From a virus (Duplodnaviria; Caudoviricetes): a stretch of DNA of 57,730 nucleotides. Positions 44,475 to 55,000 of the stretch are shown here, one piece after another. Location of the stretch: the IMG/VR virus record IMGVR_UViG_3300037755_000790, positions 1 to 57,730 of that record. One strand, given 5' to 3'. The translations under genes were made by a program, and so were the position numbers. Position 1 is the stretch's first letter. Every line of letters begins with the position of its first letter. The notes beneath the pieces were generated by a model. The model was not told the origin of the DNA, made no database searches, and saw only the letters and a list, made by a program, of their open reading frames with translations.

Positions 44475-47400
44475 TCATGATGCGAAGACGTCGATGACGC
44501 AGCGGGTGGCCACTTCGGCGGACAGCAGCTCCCCGAGGTCGGGTGCTAGGCGGTCCTGGAGTACGGCCCACGGGGTGGGGGAGGTGGCCCACAGGTTCAG
44601 GCCGTCGCCCTCCGTCCAGAAGGTGAGGTCGGACCGGTAGGTCATCCGCCGCCGATGGGTGCGCCGAGCCGGGGTCGTGGGCGTCTTGGCGCGGGTCATG
44701 GCGGCCATGGACATCAGCGAGTCGGGTGGGTCCTCGTCCATCTCGCGATAGAGGGACACGATCTTGCGTGCCGCTGACCGCTTCTGATCAGCCGACGCGT
44801 CGACGGCGGACAGTCGGCCGGCGGCGGCGTGGACGCCGTTGCGGTTCAGCGTCCCGTCGGGCTCACGGACGGGTAGCTTGCACAGTTCCTTGCTGTACTC
44901 GTCCTGGCCTTCCGCCGGCTCATCGTGGATCAGGCACGCGGCTCGCCACTGCTCGTCGTCGTAGTCGGCCTGCGTGAACTGCGACCACGGGGTGTCCGAG
45001 AACGACCGGGACCGGTACTCCTCGTCGGGTTCCTCGCCCATCTCGGCCGCGTCCTCGACGTCCGTTTCGTCTTCTTCGCCGAGGGGGATGTCGGTCACCT
45101 CGTCGCCGAACGCGACCCGGATGTGGGTCAACGTCACCGGGCCGGCGAGGTCGACGAGGTCCTCGAGCTCGGCCGGGTCGTCGGTGTACAGCAGCGTGAT
45201 GTGCGGATGCCAGGGCGTGTGCTGGTCGGGGAGGTCGAAGTCCAGGTCGTCGATCTCGTCCTCGACGAGGGCATGGGCGGATGCCAGATCCTCACCGGAG
45301 ATGAGGAGGACGTCGCACGGCTCGTCGCCGTTGGGGTTGAACATGGCCAGCGAGAAACCGTCGACCTCGAGCACGTCTTCGAGGTCGTCGGCGACCGTCC
45401 GCGCGGCGTCGATGATGGCGGCACGCTGGTCCTCGTCGTAGTCGTCCGCCTTGCCGAGGAACAGGAGCGTGACGTGGAGCTGGTCGGCGTCCTCCCCACC
45501 TTCGACGGCGAGGCGTTCGAGGTCCGCCGGGGACGGGACGAGGGCGATCATCGCGCCGGTGTTCTCATCCGGGTACTCGGCGCGGGTGATGTCGACGTCG
45601 TCCGGATCGGTGATGGAGCGCTTCGCGTCGCGCTTGAGGAACTCATCGAGCGGAAGGGTGGAGACCAGATACCGGGATGCCGCCTGATGGCCGAGCCCGG
45701 CCGCGATGGCCTCACGGTACTTGTTCGGCCGGCCGTCGTTCGGGTCGGGCAGTTCGACAACCGCTCGGTGCAGAATCTCCTCTAGCCGTTTGGACGTCGG
45801 CGAGGCGACCCCGCGATTCCGGCTGGTCTCCTCATCGATGGCGCGCCCTAGTGCGGCGATGCCGGCCTCCGACCCGACGCCCTGCTGTAGCGCGTGGCGC
45901 AGGTCGAGTTGTGTCGGTTTGGTCAGGCCGTCTCCGCCGGAGAACGCCTTCACGCTGACGCCGAGCTCGCCGGACGTCGCCACCGTAGACGGAGCGGGCG
46001 AGTCGTTGTCGAGGATGGACTGGATGTCCGCCTCAAGTTGGCGGGTGACCGCCCAGTGCGCTGGTTCCTCCCACTCCTCCGGCGACGGCGCGTCGCCGGT
46101 TGTCTCCCGTGCTACCTGGAGTACCCGGTCCCGGTCGGTGCCGCCACCCGTCCGGGCCTGGTAGGCGTCCATCGACTGGAGGATGTGACGGATCCGCGCC
46201 TCGCGTGACCGTGCCGACGACGGGATCGGGGGGAGGTTCAGCGCGACGTTGATGCGCTTCAACTCGGCCGCGGACTTGGTGTGCAGGACCGTTTCGGCTT
46301 CGTCCATCGGGCCGCCGAGAACAGACTCGCGGGCCTTCGGGGCCGCCTTCGCCGGGGATGCCTTGGTGGGCGGGCCGCCCACGGCGTCGAGGCGGTCCGC
46401 GAGTTCGACGTACCTGTCGGCGCGGCCGAGAGCGCCCTGCCGGGTGCCCTGCCGGGGGCTGATCGACGCGACGGGCAGCCTGGCCGCGCCTTCGCGCATC
46501 CCGGCGGCTTCCTCGCGCAACGCGGCGGCAATGGACTTGGGGCTGTCGCCGTCGTCGAGTCGGGCCTGCACCTCGTCGAGTACGCCACGGTCGATGTCCA
46601 TGTCCTTGGCGATCTCGCGGGCGTTCAGACGCGGAGTGGAGTCCGATGGCGTCGTGGTGGTCTTCGGGGCGACCGCCTTGGTGGCAGCCTTCGCGACCTT
46701 CTTTGGCGCGGCCGGCTTGGCCGCGTCGGAAGCGAGGGCCCGCATGGCGACCTTGATCTGGTCGGTGTCTTTGTCCTGCTCGTCCTTCGGCAGCTCGGCG
46801 AAGGGGACGTCCAGATCCCCGCCGGCAGCCCAGTCGTTGCGTGACAGCCACGCCTTGTGGATCTCTTCGCCAACCTCCAGGCGTGTCTTCTCGTCGCTCA
46901 GGTCTACGGTGCCGCCGCGCTGCTTGAGGATGCGCTGGACGACTTCGCCGGCGGCCTTGTTCTCGGCCTGCCAGTCGCCGGGCAGATCGTCGTAGCTGGT
47001 GTTGGCGATGTCCACTTCATCGGAGTCGTGCGCGTCGATCCACTTCTGGTCCTTGGTCTTCTTGACGCGTGGCTCGAATGTCCCGTCCGCCTGCTTGCGG
47101 GTCTTGCGCCAGTCCTCATGCAACGCGTTGGCGATCTTGGCGGACTCGACCTGATCCGCACTCCCAGTCGACTTCTTGGCGGGCGTCGCCTTCTCCGCGG
47201 CGGGCCGCACCGTGTCGTGCGTCGCCGGAACGTTGCCGATGAACGTCTGATCCGGACGGTGTAAAGAGGGGCCGTCGATGTCCCATCCGCCGGGCAGACC
47301 ACGATCGCGGGCGAAGTGCTCCGCGATGTGGAGCTGCAGCGCGCTCTTGGCTTGCAAAATGCCCGGCGGGACGTCGATGCCCAGTCCGTCGGCGACCTTG

Positions 47401-47903
47401 CGGAGCTTCGCTGACGTGAGGCGCGTGTCGCCGCTCAGTAGCGCGATGACCTCGGCCTCGGACTGGGCCGCGGACACCTTGGCCACCGCGTCGGCCACCT
47501 CTACGGCGGCGGCCTGCTGGGCCTTCGTCTTCGCCGCCGGCTTGGCTTCTACCGCGGCCTTCTCCACCGACTTCTTCGCGGGCGCCTTCTTCGCCCCGGC
47601 GGCCTTCATCGCGGCCGGATGTGTGGCGCCCTTCACGCGCTCGGCCTGATACCGCTTCCGGTCATCTGGCGACAGGGCGTCGTACTGCTCCCGCTGCGGC
47701 ACGGTGAGCTTTCGCATGCCCGACGGGATGGTCACGCCGATCGCCAGCCCGTAGTGTGCCGCGCCCTCGGCGCTGATCACCTGCCGGCCGGGGGCCGGGT
47801 TGCTCCTCCCGCCACGGGCGCGCGCGATCTCGCCATCCATCCGCATCCGCACCAGCGCCATCCGCGCCACCGCGCGTGCCCGAGGAACCGTGGACGTGGT
47901 CAT
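44475..47903 (-). CDS. polyvalent head-associated protein with 2H phosphoesterase and RyR-repeat-like domains
   Basis: LHVTL and PHITL (2H); H..W...Y..LP / H..W...VPF.EL...EQ.KD repeats; CKLPV.EP.G.LNRNGVHAAA domain. Confidence 0.8.
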   Translation of the reverse strand: MTTSTVPRARAVARMALVRMRMDGEIARARGGRSNPAPGRQVISAEGAAHYGLAIGVTIPSGMRKLTVPQREQYDALSPDDRKRYQAERVKGATHPAAMKAAGAKKAPAKKSVEKAAVEAKPAAKTKAQQAAAVEVADAVAKVSAAQSEAEVIALLSGDTRLTSAKLRKVADGLGIDVPPGILQAKSALQLHIAEHFARDRGLPGGWDIDGPSLHRPDQTFIGNVPATHDTVRPAAEKATPAKKSTGSADQVESAKIANALHEDWRKTRKQADGTFEPRVKKTKDQKWIDAHDSDEVDIANTSYDDLPGDWQAENKAAGEVVQRILKQRGGTVDLSDEKTRLEVGEEIHKAWLSRNDWAAGGDLDVPFAELPKDEQDKDTDQIKVAMRALASDAAKPAAPKKVAKAATKAVAPKTTTTPSDSTPRLNAREIAKDMDIDRGVLDEVQARLDDGDSPKSIAAALREEAAGMREGAARLPVASISPRQGTRQGALGRADRYVELADRLDAVGGPPTKASPAKAAPKARESVLGGPMDEAETVLHTKSAAELKRINVALNLPPIPSSARSREARIRHILQSMDAYQARTGGGTDRDRVLQVARETTGDAPSPEEWEEPAHWAVTRQLEADIQSILDNDSPAPSTVATSGELGVSVKAFSGGDGLTKPTQLDLRHALQQGVGSEAGIAALGRAIDEETSRNRGVASPTSKRLEEILHRAVVELPDPNDGRPNKYREAIAAGLGHQAASRYLVSTLPLDEFLKRDAKRSITDPDDVDITRAEYPDENTGAMIALVPSPADLERLAVEGGEDADQLHVTLLFLGKADDYDEDQRAAIIDAARTVADDLEDVLEVDGFSLAMFNPNGDEPCDVLLISGEDLASAHALVEDEIDDLDFDLPDQHTPWHPHITLLYTDDPAELEDLVDLAGPVTLTHIRVAFGDEVTDIPLGEEDETDVEDAAEMGEEPDEEYRSRSFSDTPWSQFTQADYDDEQWRAACLIHDEPAEGQDEYSKELCKLPVREPDGTLNRNGVHAAAGRLSAVDASADQKRSAARKIVSLYREMDEDPPDSLMSMAAMTRAKTPTTPARRTHRRRMTYRSDLTFWTEGDGLNLWATSPTPWAVLQDRLAPDLGELLSAEVATRCVIDVFAS

Positions 47904-47956
47904 GCCACCCCCGAACATGGTTGAGCCCCGTTGGAGGCTGAGGAACGGAGGAAGGG

Positions 47957-48241
47957 TCAGTTGTCGAGTAGCTGGGTGACGCGGTCGATCTGCGCCCGGA
48001 CCCACGCGTCCGGGGCGTTGAGCCACGGACCCTCGACGAGTTCCAGCAGGATCGGGCCGCTCGCGTCCGGGTCGAGGCCCGCGCCGTGGTGGGCGAGTGC
48101 GTTGATCAGCGTCCCGATCAACTCGTACCGCTTGGTGCGGCCGGCGTACAGCGCGCCGTACAGCAGCCGGCGGGTCTCGTCGAGGTCCTTCGACTTCGAC
48201 GCGTCACGCGTCGTCAGCGTGTAGTCATCCCACGCGGCCAT
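47957..48241 (-). CDS. hypothetical protein
   Basis: GGGAG RBS. Confidence 0.6.
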   Translation of the reverse strand: MAAWDDYTLTTRDASKSKDLDETRRLLYGALYAGRTKRYELIGTLINALAHHGAGLDPDASGPILLELVEGPWLNAPDAWVRAQIDRVTQLLDN

Positions 48242-48267
48242 GCGGTTCTCCCTCTATCGTCGTAGGC

Positions 48268-48510
48268 ATGAGACTGTTCGAGTGGATCCGCGCGAGGTGG
48301 GGCGTCAAGTGCCCGAAGTGCTCCGGCTCGGGAACTTGGTCGGGCTTCTCGCCGAGCGCGCGGCTATCGACGGTGCGGCCGTGGGTGAGCATGCGGTGCC
48401 CCAGTTGCGATGGCTCGGGCCGCATGAGCCTTGAGCGGAAGTCGGAGTGGGATCGCGCTGAGGACTTCTGGCGGTCCGGCCGGTGGAGAGACGCCCTACA
48501 ACGCGATTGA
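48268..48510 (+). CDS. small DnaJ-type zinc-finger protein, antisense within the head operon
   Basis: CPKCSGSG and CPSCDGSG; TATCGT -10 box 7 nt before the ATG. Confidence 0.6.
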   Translation: MRLFEWIRARWGVKCPKCSGSGTWSGFSPSARLSTVRPWVSMRCPSCDGSGRMSLERKSEWDRAEDFWRSGRWRDALQRD

Positions 48511-48541
48511 TGGCCCCCGCTCCTTGCTCGAATAGGAAGGT

Positions 48542-49057
48542 CTAGCCGGGGCCGATGAGTTTGCCGCGGGGTTTGCCGCCCTGGGCCACCCGATGGGCGT
48601 CGGATCCGGCCCACAAGCCAGTCACGCTGTGCAGCCACTGGGATGCCATGCGTTTAGCCCTGGCCGAGCCGACATGCCGACGCAGCAATCTATAGAGGGT
48701 TGTCCATTGGTGGCGGGACTTGATCCACCGTTTTAGTCCGGCCCCGTGGGTCCAGTACTCGCGGAGCTTGTACCGGTTCCCACCCATGGCCCGCAGGATC
48801 TCGTCGTCCTCGTCGAGACCTTCAGCCCGCGACAGTTCGTCGAGTAGCGCCTCATCCAACTCCGCCGCGAAGCCGTCGGCCGTCCAGCCGGAGGCGAGCG
48901 CGTCGAAGGTCCGGTCGTCGTCCCAGCCGTTCGCCGACTGCGCTGACCGGAACAGGTCCCAGCCGGGAGCGTCGAAGAACTCAACACCATCGTCGGTGGC
49001 CGCGATCGTGCCAACCGTGGCGCCGGTCGATGTCTCAACGATGGCGAGCCGGATCAT
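48542..49057 (-). CDS. head-associated protein (acidic N-half, basic LREYWT.G.G...W domain)
   Basis: ATGA-coupled to the portal gene. Confidence 0.7.
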   Translation of the reverse strand: MIRLAIVETSTGATVGTIAATDDGVEFFDAPGWDLFRSAQSANGWDDDRTFDALASGWTADGFAAELDEALLDELSRAEGLDEDDEILRAMGGNRYKLREYWTHGAGLKRWIKSRHQWTTLYRLLRRHVGSARAKRMASQWLHSVTGLWAGSDAHRVAQGGKPRGKLIGPG

Positions 49058-52000
49058 GGTCTACCCACCGTCCACTGGATGATCAAGTCGACCAGTTGGG
49101 CCTTCGTCGACTTCGACCCGTAGGCGATCTCCGCCGAGTCGGCTATGGCCTTGAGTTGGTCACGGGTCCCGGTGAGCATGGCGCGGGCGTCGTTGCGGCT
49201 CGTCGCAGTGCGGAGTTTCGCCACCGTGTCCGCTGGTGACTCGGTGGCCTTCGCGGCCTTGGTGGTAGCCACTGTGAACTGATCGCGGGACAGGTACTCG
49301 GTCGTACGACGCCCGTCCTGCGCGACCGCGTCCACCTCGTAGATGGCCTCGGCGCCTTCGCCGGTCACCGACCTGACCGTGCCCGAAGTGGCGTAGCTCC
49401 CGGCGTTCGGCTTGAGCGCCACACGGCTACCGACCAATGCGCTGGCTCCGGTGGCCTTTGCTGCTCGGGGTGCTCTCTTCGTAGTGGGGGGCGCGGGGGA
49501 CGCCTTGGTGGGTGCGGCCATGGACCGGAACTCGGCGACGAGTCGAGCCGCCGCGTCGGCGCCTACCTGTTCGCTGACACGGACGACCTCTTCGCTCTGG
49601 TCGCCGGGGAGGTCGGCCCACTCCTGCCGGTCGATGAGCCTCTTCGGCCCCGGTTCGCCGCCACTCACGGCTCGCCACACCGCCAACGCCACGTCCCGCT
49701 GACGGTCGAAGGCGATCACCGACTCCGGGCCGGCGGAGGTAGGGCCCTCGACGCGTTTAAGTGCCGCCTCGACATTGCGGCGGGTGAAGGCGCTCAGGTC
49801 CGGATTGGCCAGTTCGGCGCGCGCCACCTCGGCTTGCAGTGCGTTGTTCCTCGCCGCCGCCCGCGCTCTGGCGGCCGTCTCGATGGCCCATACCGCGGAC
49901 CGTGCGGCGTACTGCTGGGACTCGGGTAGCCGCTTGATCGCCGCGTCACCCGGAATACCGTTGGCCTTCTTCAGCTCCGCGCGCTCAGCCCGGATGGCCT
50001 CGTCCTGGCTCACGAGTCCGCCCGCCGCTTCGATGGCCGCGCGCATACGCGCCAACGACGCCGCGTGGCCGGCCCGGTCGAGTTCGGTTCCGTGGCTGTA
50101 CTCAGACTGCGACGGGAGCGCTTCCGCCGTGCGTCGTGCCGTGGCGGCGCGTTCGGCCAACGCGTTGAACGCCTCGGCCTCGTCGCGGTCGTCGGCGTTG
50201 GAGTCCGCCCACTGTCGCAGGTCCCGTTCAAGCCTCGTGAGGCCGGCCACGGTCGAGTCCTTGTTGTGAATCCACCCGGTAGCGGACGCGCGGTCAAGGT
50301 CTCGTTCGTGGCTGGTGAGGGCGCCGCCGAGTTGGGTCCGGGCCTGGGTGTTCATCTCGCGCAGCGGGTTGGCCGGCGTAGTGGGCGCCGCCTTCGCTGC
50401 TTTCGGGGCTCGTCCTGCGGCTACCTTCTTCACCGCGGGAGATGGAGAGGATGGCTCGAAGGTGAGTTCGCTGACGTCGGTCGGGTCGAGCTGTTGGCGT
50501 CGGCCGCCTTCCCAGTCGACGAAGATCTTCGTGCCGGTCCGTGTCACCTTGCCCCGGACGGGTTCCTCGCCGCGGGGCGCCCACACCGCCGTGTCCCCCG
50601 TCTTAACGTCCGGCAGCAGCCCCTTCGCCGAAGGGATCACCCTACGCGGTGGTGGGGGTAGCTTCGGTGCCGCCACGTAGCCCGACAGACGATCAGCGGA
50701 CACCATGCCGCCAGTGCCGTCCGCGAACTCGACCCACTGAGCACTGCCGCCGCCCGCCGTTCCGGACGGGTCACGGTCGTCGGGGCCAAGGTAGGTGACC
50801 TCACCCTTGGTGTCGTGGATCAGCTTGTCGCCCGGCTTCCAGCCCGACAGGATCTGAACATCCTTCGCGACGTGGCCGGTCAGCGCCTGCTTGGCTTCTC
50901 CTCCGTCTGGGGTACCGGGGACAGCGGGGAGTGGTGTCGGGGTACCGGGGAGTGGGCGAGGAGATGGGTCGTCGATCCAGAGCCAGTTCTTGTCCTGGCC
51001 ACCGATCCGAGCCGACGCGGCGCTCTGCTGTTCGTCGGGCATGCCGACCACCCGGTCCGGGGTCAGGTTCACGCCCGGCTGGACCATCATGCGCTTCAGC
51101 GCGGCATCTACCTCAGCCCTCGGCAGGTCCCTCAGTCCAGGCTCCGCACGGAGATCGGAAAGCAACACCGCGCCGGTGTCCCGAAGGTCGACGTTGGACA
51201 GCGGAGTGTGGGGTCGCGCCTTCAGCGCGGCGGCCGCCTCTCGGATACGGTTCTCTACCTGCACCTGACGTACGGCTGGATCACTCGACAGGGGCTCGTG
51301 GGCACCCTTCGGTGCTGGGTCGGCGTTCTCGATCGCGTCAGCCAAGCGCCGCAGCGTCTTGACGTCGTCGTCGCGGATCGCGTCAAGGTGCCGCTGTCCC
51401 GGCTCAACGTTGACCTGAGCCTCACCGGGCAGGATCGGGCGGCCTTCCAGCGCGTCCGCGGCTTGGCGCAGTCGCGCGGCGACGTCGCGCGGGTCCTTGC
51501 CGGTGCTGTATCCCCTACGCGCATCCCCGACCGCTTCTTGGCCGGGTCTGGTGAAGCCGTCGCTTTCCTGGCCGAGGAGCGCCCTGAACGCCTTCCGGCG
51601 CTGCGCCTGAACTGTCGGGTCAGCGGATACCTCTCCCGGCGTCGCGGTCTGCACGACGGCCTTCGCTACTGAGACCCGTTCCCCGTCGAGGTCTACGTCA
51701 TACCCTGGCCGCACCACCGTGACCTGCGTGCCGGACGGGATGTCCTTGCCGATGGGCTTGTGCCTGCCACGGTCGAACGGCTCCACGGCGCCCGCTGGGC
51801 CGGTGACGCGGTGCAGGCCATGCGCAGCTGCGATCCGGTCGATGGCCGCGTCTACCCGGGTACGGTCACCGGACGTGCCCGCCTGGACCAGGTCGTCGAT
51901 CAGCGCCGGGTCGAGGTTGTTGAGCTTCCCGCGGGTGCGGATACGGGACTCCATGGCCCTCGCGGAGGCGCCGTTGGAGGACAGTTCGTCGAGTTCGGAC

Positions 52001-55000
52001 AGTGTCTCGGCGACGCCACGGGCCTTGTCCGCTCGGACTTGACGCTCCCGTGCGGCGTCCTCCAACGGGTTGACGTCAACGTCCGCTACGGTTCCCGGTC
52101 CGACACCCGGCGTACCAAGATCAGCGTCGGTGTCGGGCTTGTCCGGGACGCCGCCCTTGCTCTTCAGCTCCGGGTGACGTTCGCCGTAGCGTCGCGCCCA
52201 GTCGGCCAGCTGCGTCTCGCCACGGTTCCTGGCCCATGCCTCAAGGTCGTCGAAGTCGTCGACGGTGACGACCCGCTTGTCCCGCGTCGCTGTCTTCGGC
52301 CCCGCCGAGCCGGTACGTAGCGTGGTGACCGCCACCTTGCCGTCGCGGGTGCCGTGGACGAGGACGTCCCGACGTGTTCCGTCCTCGTCGCGGATCGTCA
52401 GCAGCGGAATCGGCGCCTTGTCCGGGTCGGTCTTGTCGACCTTGCGGTACGACTCCCGCGCGTCGGCGAGCAACGCGTCTTTGATGTCGTCGATCGTCGC
52501 GCCCCGCCGGAGCTTGATTCCCGGCCGGCCCTGGGCGACCTTGCGCAGCGACTCGCGGTTCGTGAACTCGCGTAGCGGATCGTCGTCGCCTTCACCGCGC
52601 AGCCACCCGGCGAGGGCTGTCGCGACCCGTTCGGCGACGGTTCGGAACTTCCCCTCCCGGCCACGTGGGTGCATGGCCTCCTGCGCCGGCGTCCAACCAC
52701 GTGTCGCGTCGGGGATCGGGGTCTCGTCGCCGTCAACCTCGTCGAGGCTCTCGTCGGCGGGGACCGACTTGTGATCTTCGGTGATGTACGCCATGTCCCG
52801 CAGCGCCTGCGCCACATCCCGCGCGTCGGCGTCGGCGAGCTCTACCTCGTGGTCGCCGAAGCGGACCGCCACTCCACCCTCGTACGGTTCGCTGGCGAAG
52901 GAGTGGCGGGTGTACGGCTGACCGGACTCGATCGCGTCAGCCCAACGCCGCGCCTCAACAGCGGACGGGACAGCGTGGATCGCGACGTCGGAACCCGAGT
53001 CCGACTCGACGGTGACGTCCCGCTCCCGGGCCACGATCCGGGCCCGGTCGCCGAACTCGACCGAGTCGACCTCCCGGCCGTACTCATCGTCAACCGACTC
53101 CGCCGGCAGCAGCGCCAACGGTGTGGTCGGGATCCAACCATGGCGGTAGCGGTACCCGCGGGTGATCTCTTCGACGTGGTCCCACACCCACGCCAACGCC
53201 CGCGTGGACACGTCGTCCTCGACGGGCTCCGCGTCCGTCGGCTCTTCGTGGGCTGGTGTGCCGTCGGAGTAGACAGGCCCATCGATGACAGGCTCACCAC
53301 CCTCAGCGGGTGGGGTCAGCTGCACCGACGTCAGGCCGGTGTGGACGAGGACCGTGATGTCGTCGTTGTGGACCATGTCCACCGAAGACGCCGGCGTGAA
53401 CCCCTCACGGGTGAGCGACGCGATAACCGACGCCCGCGTCTGCTGGATCTCGGCGAGGTCCTTGGCGTCCTCGTGCAGGAACGGGATGTCACGGGCGTCG
53501 TACCAGAGCCGGTGCTTCGGCTCCGGCGGCGGGAACAGGACCTGAATCGACCCGCACCAGTTCTGCCACAAATCCCGCATCGTGGTGTCGACGAAGTTGC
53601 GCTTCGCCGACACGTAGTTGCCGGCGTTCAGGCTGGAGCCCTGCATGCCCTCGGAGAACGACAGCAGCGTCGGGGGAACCCCGCCGCGATTCGCGATGCG
53701 TGTGTTGTGCGTGGGTACGAGGCCCTCGCCCGCGAGGAAGAGGTGGTCGGCGGTATCAACCGCGATACAGCGAACCGGGACGGACGCGACGGGCTCGATC
53801 GAGACCACCGACCGGGACCACGTGGATGGGTCGCCCGCCATTTCGCAGCGATCAACCTTGCGCGGGAGCAGGAACGGGATCCGGTCCATCTCCACGCGGA
53901 ACGTGACGAGCCAGTGCTCGCCCGTACGGGACCTGGCGTCCGGCTTGCGACGTAGCGAGGCGCGGTAGCCGAGCGAGCGAACGAGTTCCGCCACCTGCCG
54001 GCCCAGTGCCTCAAGTTTGCTGCTGAACTGGCACTGCCCCTGCACGCCGACAGTGCCATCCGTGTCCATGAGACCGCGTAGAAGTTCCAGGCGCTGCGCG
54101 GCAGATCCGCGCAGATACCGGCCGGGGACGTGCTTGTTCCCCAGTACGCCCTCCGCGCGGAGGGCGTGGAGCAGGCCGCCGGGGACGCCGATCACGTCGA
54201 CCTTGTCGGCAGCCGTCGACCATGATGTCGTCGTGTAGCCGCGGGCTTCCAACTCGCAGGCGATGAACTTCAGATCATCGCGGGCGCCGCAGATCGCGGC
54301 TCCCGCGGTCTGGCCATCGCCCAGCCAAGCACCCAATACATACGGATCTATCAGCAAGTCGGCGTCCGGCAGTTCCAATACCGGCGTACGTGGCAGCGAG
54401 AAGCGGTGACCACCGACACCGTTGGGGTACGGAGCGCCGAGGATATCGAACATCTCCTGCGTGGAGTACACCCGCTCGGCACGGCTCGCGGTACCCCTGT
54501 CGGTCGCAACCCACAGGTGTGTGGCGTCAGCAACGATCGACGTACGGTCCTTGAGCATCACCCGGTAGCAGGCTCGGCCCTCATGGATCGGACCGACCTG
54601 AAGCACCGTCCCCGGCCGCCCATCGCGGCCCATGACCTGATCGCCAACACGGACCTCGCCCATCGTGGTCCAGCCGGTCGGAGTCGGAATCGGCGTGTTA
54701 AGCGCCAGAGGTTCGCCCTTGCCCTGGACCGCGGCGAAGTCCATCTGCCGCATGTCGCCGCCGATGACCGTCACGTCCGCCCCGCCGGCCGTGTACAGGG
54801 TCTTGCCCACGTTCGCCGGGCCTTTGTGGGCGGCGTCCATCGCGTCGACGAACTCTTTGAACTGGTCCGGGGTCATCTGCTGCGGCACCGAAACGGCGAG
54901 GTTAGGCGATGCTGAGTTCTCAAAATAGGTGACTTTGTGCTCGCTGGCCTGCCTGTCGGCCTGGACCTCGCGGACGATCGGCGTGAGCCACGACATGCCC

